A stretch of DNA of 64,000 nt from an uncultured Polyangiaceae bacterium (GTDB taxonomy: Bacteria; Acidobacteriota; Thermoanaerobaculia; Multivoradales; JAHEKO01): positions 14,985 through 78,984 of the forward strand of contig CAXMQZ010000126.1 of assembly GCA_964195975.1 (NCBI GenBank), read 5' to 3'. The notes beneath the pieces were generated by a model that was not told the origin of the DNA, did no database searches, and was given only the letters and a program-made list of their open reading frames with translations. Shown here in pieces: positions 18,326-27,503 of the stretch (its first letter is position 1; every line of letters starts with the position of its first letter). The translations under genes and the position numbers were made by a program.

Positions 18326-21300
18326 ATGAACTCTGACAACGACCAGAACACCAACATCCCGGAGACCACTGAGCGGGAATCTCGTCTGCCACGTTTTTCC
18401 CTAGACCGCAGGATCACGGTAATGATGATCCTGCTCACCCTGGTCGTACTAGGCACGGTCGCGACGATCAGTATTCCGATCGAGCTGTTTCCTTCAGGTT
18501 TTCAAGGCCCCAATCTACAGGTCCAGGTGCCATGGCGAGACGCTCCCTCCAAGGAGGTGCTCGACAAGATCGTGCTGCCTCTCGAGGAAGAGCTCTCTAC
18601 CGTAGCCGGCGTCGACAAGCTCAACTCCTACGCTCGGACCGGGTTTGGAATGTGCACTCTCACATTCAAACAGGGTACGGATCTCGACGTCGCCTACCGA
18701 GAGGTCAGGGACCGGGTCGAACGAGCCCGAATACAGATGCCCGACGATGTCGAGCAGGTCTTCATCCACCAGGAGGACGCCTCAGGTCTCCCGATCTTCT
18801 TTCTTGGTCTCGCTATCGACCCGGCAGTCGTCGATGTTTACAACCTGATTCAAGACGAGATCATCATGCCGCTCAATCGAATCGACGGTGTTGCCTCGAT
18901 CGAAGGGCACGGCTTGGAGGAGAAGGAAATCCTGATCGAGCTCGATCGCGAGCGAACGGCGGCATCCGGCCTGAACATTTACGACCTGGCGCAGCAACTC
19001 TCCGGCGACAACTTCACTCTTTCCAGTGGCAACGTTCGTCACGGGGGCAAGAAGCTACTACTTCGCTCAGTCGCACGGTATGACAGTGTCGAAGAGCTCG
19101 AAAATCGCCTGGTCTCACCCAATATCCGACTGCGCGATATCGCGACGATTCGCTATGACCTTCCCGAGGTCACCTATCGAGTTCGAGCCATGAGCCGGCC
19201 GGCAATCGCTCTGGCGGTGATGAAAGAGGGCGATGCAAATACACTCGAGGTCGCCCGCAGAGTCAACGCCGTAGTCGACGAGCTCCGAGAGAATCCGCGG
19301 CTCCAGCTGATCGAGATAGCCACCCTCTTCGACCAGGGAGAGGTCATCATGGAGTCTCTGAGCACGTTGATGGCGAGCGGCCGCGTAGGCGGCATCATCG
19401 CGCTTCTCGTTCTGCTGTTTTTCCTACGGCGATTCCGCATGACCCTGATCGTCACGTTGTCGATCCCGATCAGCATCGTAGTCGCCTTGACCGTGATGTA
19501 CTTTGCGGGCGAATCGCTAAACATCCTGACCCTTCTTGCCCTGATGATCTCTGTAGGTCTACTGGTAGACAACTCGGTCGTTGTAGCAGAGAACATCTTC
19601 CGGCTCCATCGTGCGGGATTGTCACGTCGTCAAGCCTGCATCAAGGGCGCCGGTGAGATCGCCCTGGCGATCATCATGGCCACTCTGACGACCATCATCG
19701 TGTTTCTTCCGGTATCGCTGGTCGAGGGCAAGGCTCAGTTTTTTCTGCTGCGTCTGTCCATACCGATCTCGATCTCGCTTTTGGGCTCACTTCTGGTCGC
19801 TTTGATATTTATCCCACTGTTCGTCTATTTGACCCTTCCACATAAGGGGTCAAACGGTGGCGACGAGAAATCTCACCCGTTTTTCGACTGGCTCAAGAAG
19901 GCGTACGACCTGACTTTTGGCAAGCTCAACCAGGCCTACACCCGGATGTTGGCCTTCTTCTTGAGCCACCGTCTCGACCTGGTGCTGATACTCGCTGCGA
20001 TATTCGCTGTGACTTCGGTTTTTGTTTTCAAGCAGGTGAAGTTTGTCGAAGCCCAGGAAGAGGAGCGAGGTGGTTTCGAGATCAACGTGACTTTGCCCCA
20101 AAACACGACCCTGGAGGAAGCCGAGGAGTTCTTTCTTATCGGAGAAAAGATCATCGAGGAGCGCGCCGAAGAACTCGACCTGGATGGTTGGTTTATTCAG
20201 CATCGAAGTACCTATGGATCGCTCCAGGGTTGGTTCAAACGACCTCGAACCAACAAGGTAACGCCGCGCAAGGCCAATAAGATCGTCATGGATGCGATTC
20301 CAGAAAAGGCTGGTGTGCGACTGTTTACCGAGATGGATCAGCAAGGCGATGATGACAAGAATCTGTCACTCCACACCTTTGTTCTTCAGGGTGATGAGTC
20401 GGATGAGCTCGAACAGGCTGCCGAGAACCTGGAGCCGCTGTTTCTCTCCGTCGATGGCGTGATCGGGATGAAGAAGGTTGCAGAAGATTCTCCGAGTGAG
20501 ATGGCCCTGGTTTTGGATCGCGATCGGATTCAGAGCCAGAACATCAACCCAATGGTCGTCGCAACCGTCGTGGGCTATGCGCTGCGGGGTCAGAACCTGC
20601 CCCGATATCACCGAGATGGCAAGGAGATCCCAGTCGTGGTGCGATTCAAAGAGGAAGACCGAGACAGCCTCGACGAGCTCAATGACTTCTGGATTCCTAC
20701 CAACGACGATGACTTGGTCAAGCTGTCGTCGTTGGCCGAGCCGCGCTACCTCGCCTCGGCCCAGCGAATCTTTCGCAACGACAAACGAACCTCGAGAGAG
20801 ATCACCCTCGAGCTAGAAGAGGGTCGTGAAGAAGAGACGAGAGCTCGGCTTATCGGTCTGTCGAAGCGAATCGAGCTACCCGAAGGGATTTCCTTCAGCC
20901 AAGGAGACAGGAAAGCCGGTCTAAGCGAGGACCTACAAGCGATGTTGTTCGCTGGCCTGGTCTCGATCGTGTTCATTTATCTACTCATGGGGTTCTTGTT
21001 CGAGAGTTTTATCCTGCCGTTGTCGATCATTTTGACGATCCCTCTCGCAAGCCTGGGAGTCTATTGGAGCCACTTCCTGGCCGGCCTCGACATCGACTTC
21101 TTGGGAGCCGTCGGTCTCATCTTGCTGGTCGGTGTCGTGGTCAACAACGGCATCGTTTTGATCGACTATGTCACCAGACTCCGGCACGAAGGACACTCAC
21201 GCACTGAAGCACTGATGCTGGCGGCAGACCGCCGTTTCCGACCGATCATGATGACCGCCATGACGACGATCGGTGGGATGATTCCGCTGACGCTCCGGGG

Positions 21301-21499
21301 CGCTTCGAGCATCGGATTGAGCTACAAGAGCTTCGGTCTTACTCTGATCGGTGGTTTGACAACTGCGACGCTGCTGACCCTGCTGGTCATTCCGGTCTTC
21401 TACACGCTATTCGACGACGCGAGGTCGTCTGTCACCTGTATCGTGCGAAGCGGTCTGCGAAAGACAAAGGTCTCCAAGCCCGCCGAAGAGTCCCCGTAG
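18326..21499 (+). CDS. RND efflux permease 2 (AcrB/MdtC-like)
   Basis: This is a second full-length RND permease placed directly after the first, as in MdtABC. I placed the start at the ATG at 18326; the track ORF begins at the TTG at 18317. Confidence 0.9.
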   Translation: MNSDNDQNTNIPETTERESRLPRFSLDRRITVMMILLTLVVLGTVATISIPIELFPSGFQGPNLQVQVPWRDAPSKEVLDKIVLPLEEELSTVAGVDKLNSYARTGFGMCTLTFKQGTDLDVAYREVRDRVERARIQMPDDVEQVFIHQEDASGLPIFFLGLAIDPAVVDVYNLIQDEIIMPLNRIDGVASIEGHGLEEKEILIELDRERTAASGLNIYDLAQQLSGDNFTLSSGNVRHGGKKLLLRSVARYDSVEELENRLVSPNIRLRDIATIRYDLPEVTYRVRAMSRPAIALAVMKEGDANTLEVARRVNAVVDELRENPRLQLIEIATLFDQGEVIMESLSTLMASGRVGGIIALLVLLFFLRRFRMTLIVTLSIPISIVVALTVMYFAGESLNILTLLALMISVGLLVDNSVVVAENIFRLHRAGLSRRQACIKGAGEIALAIIMATLTTIIVFLPVSLVEGKAQFFLLRLSIPISISLLGSLLVALIFIPLFVYLTLPHKGSNGGDEKSHPFFDWLKKAYDLTFGKLNQAYTRMLAFFLSHRLDLVLILAAIFAVTSVFVFKQVKFVEAQEEERGGFEINVTLPQNTTLEEAEEFFLIGEKIIEERAEELDLDGWFIQHRSTYGSLQGWFKRPRTNKVTPRKANKIVMDAIPEKAGVRLFTEMDQQGDDDKNLSLHTFVLQGDESDELEQAAENLEPLFLSVDGVIGMKKVAEDSPSEMALVLDRDRIQSQNINPMVVATVVGYALRGQNLPRYHRDGKEIPVVVRFKEEDRDSLDELNDFWIPTNDDDLVKLSSLAEPRYLASAQRIFRNDKRTSREITLELEEGREEETRARLIGLSKRIELPEGISFSQGDRKAGLSEDLQAMLFAGLVSIVFIYLLMGFLFESFILPLSIILTIPLASLGVYWSHFLAGLDIDFLGAVGLILLVGVVVNNGIVLIDYVTRLRHEGHSRTEALMLAADRRFRPIMMTAMTTIGGMIPLTLRGASSIGLSYKSFGLTLIGGLTTATLLTLLVIPVFYTLFDDARSSVTCIVRSGLRKTKVSKPAEESP

Positions 21500-21567
21500 T
21501 TCGGCTCATGCGTCGACCCTGATCTGCTTTATTAATGCCGCCGGATCGTCTATAACTGTGCGCCGTC

Positions 21568-22752
21568 ATGTTGGACACGGTCACAGAACCTGCCGCATCT
21601 CTACGCCAGCTTATCGATCAAGGCTCACCAAGCCCCGATGAGATCGATCGGTTCATAGAAGACAACACCTTTCCCCTTCAAGACGGAACGGCCTCCACAT
21701 TTGTCTACCGTGGCGAAGCCGATCGGGTCGAGCTGCACCATTGGGTCCATGGGGCTCCGGGATCACAGCCCTTTGTCAGAATCAAGGGTTCCGACCTGTG
21801 GTACCTCACGCTCGATCTGCCCGAGTTTTCGAGGATCGAATACAAGCTGGAAGTGAACCTGTACGGCCGGAGTCGACTGATTCGCGACCCTCTCAACCCC
21901 CTCGAGGCCCATGATCCTTTTGGTGCCAATTCCGTTTGTCATGGACCGGGCTACGAGACACCGGATTGGACCCTGGATCAACCCGGAGTGCCGCGCGGAG
22001 ACACCGAAATCCTCGAAGTCCAGAGTGACGCTTTTGGGGAGACAAGACTCGTCGACGTCTATCGCCCAGCCAGCCTCGATCCTGCGGGTACTCACCCTCT
22101 GCTCATTGTTCATGACGGCAATGATTTTGTACGCTACTCGAGCCTCCTGACAGTGCTCGACAACCTGATTCACCGCCGACAAATCGCGCCTCTTGTTGCG
22201 GCATTGACCAACTCGTCGCGACGATTGGAGGAGTATGCGGGAGACCCCAGACAGGCTCGATTTCTGACCGATGAGTTGGTGCCGCAGCTATCCCGCCAGT
22301 ACCCGATCAGTGAATCTGCAGACTCGCGAGGTCTACTGGGAGCCAGCTTCGGAGCCGTAGCGTCCCTACATACCGCTTGGCTCTATCCTGGTTTTTTCGG
22401 GCGACTCCTTCTTCAGTCAGGGTCGTTCGCCTTCGCGAAAAGAGACGCTTCTGCCCACAATCGCGAGCTCGAACCGGTGGTCGCATTCCAACGCCTCTTT
22501 CGAACGAGTCCTAGACGACCCAGCGACCGCGTCTATGTCAGCTGCGGTCTTTATGAATCTCTGATAACCGAGAATCGTGCGCTAGTGCCGGTGCTTCGAG
22601 AAACAGGGATGGAGGTTCTCTACACAGAGTCTCGTGACGGTCACAACTGGGAGAATTGGCGTGATCGTTTGCAAGAGGGCCTGTCCTACCTCTTCCCAGG
22701 TCCGGCATCCGACTCCACGAACCGAACCGGTCGCCTATACTCAGACGGCTAG
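21568..22752 (+). CDS. Putative esterase (enterochelin-esterase / esterase-D-like alpha/beta hydrolase with an N-terminal beta-sandwich domain)
   Basis: The LLIVHDGNDF and GASFGAVASL (GxSxG) alpha/beta hydrolase motifs are present. Confidence 0.6.
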   Translation: MLDTVTEPAASLRQLIDQGSPSPDEIDRFIEDNTFPLQDGTASTFVYRGEADRVELHHWVHGAPGSQPFVRIKGSDLWYLTLDLPEFSRIEYKLEVNLYGRSRLIRDPLNPLEAHDPFGANSVCHGPGYETPDWTLDQPGVPRGDTEILEVQSDAFGETRLVDVYRPASLDPAGTHPLLIVHDGNDFVRYSSLLTVLDNLIHRRQIAPLVAALTNSSRRLEEYAGDPRQARFLTDELVPQLSRQYPISESADSRGLLGASFGAVASLHTAWLYPGFFGRLLLQSGSFAFAKRDASAHNRELEPVVAFQRLFRTSPRRPSDRVYVSCGLYESLITENRALVPVLRETGMEVLYTESRDGHNWENWRDRLQEGLSYLFPGPASDSTNRTGRLYSDG

Positions 22753-22765
22753 GAAACGCAGCAAA

Positions 22766-24034
22766 TTGGCAGTCATAAAACGAAAAATCGGTCTCTCGTT
22801 GGGTGCGGATATCTGTTGGCCGATTTGCTTCGAGCAGGTCATTCGCAATCTGGATCTCAAAGTCCAAAGTGGCAACGACGAAATCCAGGTCGAGGTCGAG
22901 CGCCTGACGATCGAACCCTTCAACCTGAGGCAGTCCTGTCGCTACGACGTTGTCGTTGACCGTTTGACTCACTGGTATCACCTGAGCCGGGAGTGGATCA
23001 AAAAGGCGGTCATCATGGATGGCCTCTATGTATTCAACAATCCATGGACGCTCCAATCCATGGAAAAGCACACGTCGTACTGCGCCATGATGAGGCTGGG
23101 TCTTCCCGTTCCCGACACCTGGATGGTTCCACCCAAAGAGTACGAGCCCTTTGGTGATCTCGAGCCGACGCTTCAGCAGTACGCCAGAATGTTCGACCTC
23201 GGTGAAGTCGGCGAGGAGCTCGGTTTCCCCATGTTCATGAAGCCCTACGACGGTGGCGCGTGGGTCGGCGTCAGCAAGATCGACTCGAATGATCAACTGA
23301 GAGCAGCCTATGAGCAAAGTGGCAGCCGGGTGATGCATCTGCAGCGGGCGATCGACCCGCACGATCTATTTGTTCGCTGTCTCGGCGTCGGGCCCCAGGT
23401 AAACATGATCTCCTACGATCCCTCGGCTCCGCTGCATGAGCGCTATCAGGTCGGCTTCGAGGTGGTCGATGGGGAGGAATGGTCGCTGCTTGAAGACATG
23501 GCACTGACGATCAACGGCTTTTTCGGCTGGGATTTCAACTCGTGTGAAGCCTTGCGACAAGACGGGGTCTTTTATCCGATCGATTTCGCCAACGCCTGCC
23601 CCGATTCGCAGGTGACTTCTCTTCATTTTCATTTCCCGTGGCTGATTACCGCGAAAGTCCGCTGGGCTCTGTTTTGTGCCGTTACCGACCGCAAGATGCC
23701 CATGACTCTCGACTGGGACGCCTATTTCGAGATAGCCGATCGTGATCTCCCCTACCGAGAGCGGCTGCGCGAGTACGCATCCATTTCTCGCCAGCGATTC
23801 GAGAGCGACAAATTCGACAGGTTCTGCGCCGACCACCTATCAAATCTGGACGAGGTAGTTTGGGAGTTCTTTGGCACCGAGCAGGCCAAAGAGGCGGTTC
23901 GACTCAAAGTGGAGGCCCTGTTCCCTGGTCATGAAGTGGATGAGTACACCGAACATTTCTGGGGACTCATTCAGTTTTGGCGCAAGACTGAAGCCGACAG
24001 GTTGGAAAAGTCGGAATCGATCACCGGAGAATAG
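22766..24034 (+). CDS. ATP-grasp-fold domain protein (putative amide/peptide ligase)
   Basis: The central region FPMFMKPYDGGAWVGVSKIDS and the later DFANACPD resemble ATP-grasp nucleotide and Mg-binding elements. The start is uncertain: TTG at 22766 (used here), TTG at 22799, and in-frame GTG codons upstream back to 22634 (the 5' end of the track ORF, which then overlaps the esterase). Confidence 0.45.
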   Translation: MAVIKRKIGLSLGADICWPICFEQVIRNLDLKVQSGNDEIQVEVERLTIEPFNLRQSCRYDVVVDRLTHWYHLSREWIKKAVIMDGLYVFNNPWTLQSMEKHTSYCAMMRLGLPVPDTWMVPPKEYEPFGDLEPTLQQYARMFDLGEVGEELGFPMFMKPYDGGAWVGVSKIDSNDQLRAAYEQSGSRVMHLQRAIDPHDLFVRCLGVGPQVNMISYDPSAPLHERYQVGFEVVDGEEWSLLEDMALTINGFFGWDFNSCEALRQDGVFYPIDFANACPDSQVTSLHFHFPWLITAKVRWALFCAVTDRKMPMTLDWDAYFEIADRDLPYRERLREYASISRQRFESDKFDRFCADHLSNLDEVVWEFFGTEQAKEAVRLKVEALFPGHEVDEYTEHFWGLIQFWRKTEADRLEKSESITGE

Positions 24035-24036
24035 GT

Positions 24037-24765
24037 GTGAAGGACGGTTCGAGTTGGTACTCCGAGCGGCTGCAGCAGCAAATGCGAGTCGTACGCTGGG
24101 GACACTACGGCACCCCAGTCCTACTTTTCCCCACGGCTGGCGGTGATGCAGAGGAGTGCGAGCGCTTTGAAATGATCGAGGCGCTTGAACCCTTGATCAC
24201 CGAAGGCAAAATCAAGGTCTACTCCGTCGACAGCATCGCAGGGGCTGCCTGGGTCTCGGACCATCATGGCCCTCTGCACTGTGCCTGGCTACAAAACCAG
24301 TTCGACGCCGCGATCTACCATGAGGTGGTTCCCTCTATCCGAATGGACTGCCAAGATCCACGAATCGAGATCGTCGCCGCCGGAGCCTCGGTGGGCGCTT
24401 TCAACTCGGTCGCTTCGGTCTGCCGCCATCCCGATGTCTTTTCAGGCGCAATCGCCATGAGCGGCACCTATGATCTGACCGAGTGGCTCCATGGCGAGTG
24501 GAGCGACGACTTCTATTACTCTTCCCCGATTCACTATCTGCCAGGTCTTGAAGAGGGCGAACAGCTGCACCGCCTGCGCCAGCGGTTCATCTTTCTTCCG
24601 ACAGGAGAAGGCCGGTGGGAGGACCCTCAGCAGTCGTGGCGAATGGCCGAAGTTCTCGGTTCGAAAGGCATCCCCAATCGAGTCGAGTCATGGGGTCCGG
24701 AATGGGATCATGACTGGCCGACCTGGCGAGTCATGCTGCCCAAGTATCTTGCCGAGCTAGCCTAG
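24037..24765 (+). CDS. Esterase-family alpha/beta hydrolase
   Basis: It has VLLFPTAGGD and the serine-nucleophile motif GASVGAFNS. It lies 2 nt downstream of the ATP-grasp gene. Confidence 0.55.
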   Translation: MKDGSSWYSERLQQQMRVVRWGHYGTPVLLFPTAGGDAEECERFEMIEALEPLITEGKIKVYSVDSIAGAAWVSDHHGPLHCAWLQNQFDAAIYHEVVPSIRMDCQDPRIEIVAAGASVGAFNSVASVCRHPDVFSGAIAMSGTYDLTEWLHGEWSDDFYYSSPIHYLPGLEEGEQLHRLRQRFIFLPTGEGRWEDPQQSWRMAEVLGSKGIPNRVESWGPEWDHDWPTWRVMLPKYLAELA

Positions 24766-25728
24766 GAGCCCCAAGGCAAGTACTTGGCTCAACGCATCGA
24801 GACTCAGCCGAGCGCCACTCAAGATCAAAACCACAGTCTTGCCTTCGAAGCGCTGCCTGGACTTCAGAAGAGCCGCGACCGAAAGGGCCGCAGCTCCTTC
24901 GATCAGCAGGTGGTGTTTGGTCAATATCTCGGCGATAGCGTGCACGATCTCGTCTTCCTCGACCAGAATAAAGTCATCGATCACCTCTTGACAGATCGGA
25001 AAGGTCAGCGAGTCGACTTCGATGCCTCCAGCGGTTCCGTCGGCCAGGGTGGGCTGCGAGGCCAGGTCGAGGATCTTGCCAGCCTCGAGGGACTCGTACA
25101 TCACTTTGGAATTGACCGGTTGGCAACCGACAATCTCGATCGAGCTGTCGGCTGCTTTCAGATAGCCAGCGACACCGGCGGCAAGACCACCACCACCGAC
25201 CGGGATGAGCACGGTATCGATCCGCTCGAGCTGGCCTTCGAGCTCCAGACCGATCGTTCCCTGTCCTCCGATAATTTTTTCGTCGTTGTAGGGCGACACA
25301 AAGACTCGACCCGAGTCCTCGGCTACTTGGCGGGCAAAAACCTCGGTTTCGATGCCATCCTTGCCAAAAAACTTCAGCTCAGCGCCATACCGCTCGAGCG
25401 CTCCAATCTTGGCTTTGGACGCCGTCTCGGGTAGATAGATGACACCCGGCCAGCCGAATCTGCGCAGCAGATAGGCGACCGCAGAACCGTGGTTGCCGGA
25501 GGAGGCGGTAACGACACCCTTGGAGCGCTCCTCTTCGCTCAGCGATAGCATCCTGTTCGCCGCACCCCTGAGCTTGAAAGAACTCGTGGCCTGTAAGTTC
25601 TCGAGCTTTAGATAGACTTCGCAGCCCGCCCGATCACCGAGCCAGATCGACTCCTCAACCGGTGTGCGACGAATGTGCTCACGGATCCGCCCTTCCGCCT
25701 CCAGGACCTCTGTACGCACATCGATCAC
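24757..25728 (-). CDS. PLP-dependent threonine/serine dehydratase family enzyme
   Basis: The lysine motif SSFKLRGA and the Gly-rich loop GGGGLAAGVA are present. It is 323 aa. Confidence 0.8.
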   Translation of the reverse strand: MIDVRTEVLEAEGRIREHIRRTPVEESIWLGDRAGCEVYLKLENLQATSSFKLRGAANRMLSLSEEERSKGVVTASSGNHGSAVAYLLRRFGWPGVIYLPETASKAKIGALERYGAELKFFGKDGIETEVFARQVAEDSGRVFVSPYNDEKIIGGQGTIGLELEGQLERIDTVLIPVGGGGLAAGVAGYLKAADSSIEIVGCQPVNSKVMYESLEAGKILDLASQPTLADGTAGGIEVDSLTFPICQEVIDDFILVEEDEIVHAIAEILTKHHLLIEGAAALSVAALLKSRQRFEGKTVVLILSGARLSLDALSQVLALGLLG

Positions 25729-26122
25729 TTCTGTGCCCAGGCTCGAGTTGTGCTTCGAGGGAATCGACGGGCTTGTTCTTCGGATATGGTCAACTGAAGC
25801 TGCTGCTCCTGAGCGGACTCTGTTCGTTTTCGATAGGCAAATTGTATACGGTCACTCACGAGGTCTACCCCCGTGCTTGCGTTCTCGGCGCGGTTACGCT
25901 ATCTTCGCCAACTTGGACATGATCTCGCACAACGGTTTCGCTGGGCGTATGTCCGCACCTCCCAAGAGGCAATTCCCAATCAGCTAGAACTTCTTATCAG
26001 TCAGTATCTGCTTCCCGACTGTTATTCTCGGCAGGGAGGCCTGATTGCCGCGAGAATCGCGGTCCTTTCTTTTCCACGTGTCCGGCGGGTAGAGATTTGT
26101 ACAACCCCGGACCAGGAAAAAC

Positions 26123-27457
26123 ATGAAAGAACACGCACAGGCGCGCCGCGCGCGCGCCCAAGATTCCACACCGCAGTCGCAACCCCAGCTACCGCAGGGC
26201 GTCTTTGGATGCTTGATTCCAGAGCTTCAGCGGGCCGTAGCCGCCGAGGGATACATCACCCCCACACCTATCCAGGAGCAGTGCATTTCGCACCTGCTGA
26301 ATGGACGCGACCTGCTGGGCACCGCCCAGACCGGCACCGGCAAGACTGCGGCATTTATCCTGCCGCTCCTGCAGCGGCTTTCCAAGGACTCCCGACGGCC
26401 CCGGAGAGGAGTCCCCAGGGCCCTCATTCTCGCGCCCACCCGCGAGCTCGCAGCGCAGATCGGCGAGAGCATCCGTACCTATGGACGCTTTCTACACATC
26501 AGGCATACGGTTGTTTTCGGCGGGGTCGGCCAGTTCCCGCAGGTAAACGCCCTGAACCGCGGAGTCGATATCCTCGTGGCCACCCCCGGCCGCCTACTTG
26601 ATTTGATGCAGCAGGGATACATCCACCTCGATGGGGTGGAGGTCTTTATTCTCGATGAGGTGGATCGGATGCTCGATATGGGCTTCCTTCCAGACATCAA
26701 GAGGGTGCTGGCCGCGATTCCGGCCGAGCGACAGACCCTGTTCTTCTCGGCCACTATGGCCCCAAAAATCGAACAGCTGGCCCACACCATGGTCCGCAAC
26801 CCGGTGCGGGTAACCATCGCACCCGACAAACTCGCGGTGGAGCTCATCGCTCAGAAGGTGCTCTTCGTGGGCAAAAAGAACAAGGATGCCCTGTTGATCT
26901 CCCTGATGCGCGACCCCCAGGTCAACAAGGCTCTCATCTTCACCCAGATGAAGCACGTAGCCAATCGGGTAGTGGATAAGCTGGGCGCCGCGGGCATTCA
27001 CGGCGTCGCCATACACGGCAACAAGAGCCAGACTGCGCGAACCAAGGCGCTGGCAGGCTTCAAGCAGGGCCGTGTCCGGGTCTTGGTCGCCACCGATGTG
27101 GCGGCACGAGGGTTGGATGTAGACGACATCACCCACGTGATCAACTACGATCTTCCCGTCGAGGCCGAGACCTACGTGCACCGGATCGGGCGAACCGCCC
27201 GGGCAGGAGCGAACGGCGACGCCATATCACTCTGCAGCGCCGAGGACCGAGCCTATCTGCGGGATATCGAACGCCTGCTAGGCAAGTCGGTACCCGTCGA
27301 GATGGATCACGCCTATCATTGCAACGAGGCCTTCCGGTCTAGCCAGCCCGCTCCAAAGAAGTTCGGTCACGGCAATGGTGGCAAACGGCGGAGCGGACGC
27401 CCCCAGGGCAACTTTCCCCGCGCTCGCAGCAGAAGTCGCAATCGCGGCGGGCGCTGA
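26123..27457 (+). CDS. rhlE: DEAD-box ATP-dependent RNA helicase (RhlE-like) with an Arg-rich C-terminal tail
   Basis: The Q-motif, GTGKTAAF, PTRELA, DEVDRM, SAT and HRIGRTAR motifs are all present. Confidence 0.9.
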   Translation: MKEHAQARRARAQDSTPQSQPQLPQGVFGCLIPELQRAVAAEGYITPTPIQEQCISHLLNGRDLLGTAQTGTGKTAAFILPLLQRLSKDSRRPRRGVPRALILAPTRELAAQIGESIRTYGRFLHIRHTVVFGGVGQFPQVNALNRGVDILVATPGRLLDLMQQGYIHLDGVEVFILDEVDRMLDMGFLPDIKRVLAAIPAERQTLFFSATMAPKIEQLAHTMVRNPVRVTIAPDKLAVELIAQKVLFVGKKNKDALLISLMRDPQVNKALIFTQMKHVANRVVDKLGAAGIHGVAIHGNKSQTARTKALAGFKQGRVRVLVATDVAARGLDVDDITHVINYDLPVEAETYVHRIGRTARAGANGDAISLCSAEDRAYLRDIERLLGKSVPVEMDHAYHCNEAFRSSQPAPKKFGHGNGGKRRSGRPQGNFPRARSRSRNRGGR

Positions 27458-27503
27458 GGCACTGGCAAGGTCGGCGACCGGATCCAATCCGGGCCGCCTG
27501 GTC

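Noticed and set aside
22538-23362. 274-aa minus-strand ORF
   Set aside because: It is antisense across the esterase/ATP-grasp junction and has no motif support.
24784-25434. 216-aa plus-strand ORF
   Set aside because: It is antisense to the PLP-dependent dehydratase, which carries the SFKLRGA motif.
25873-26601. 242-aa Arg/Pro-rich plus-strand ORF overlapping the rhlE start
   Set aside because: It is in a different frame from the DEAD-box helicase, which has complete motifs. Its composition is typical of GC-rich frame artefacts.
26594-27181. 195-aa minus-strand ORF
   Set aside because: It is antisense to rhlE.
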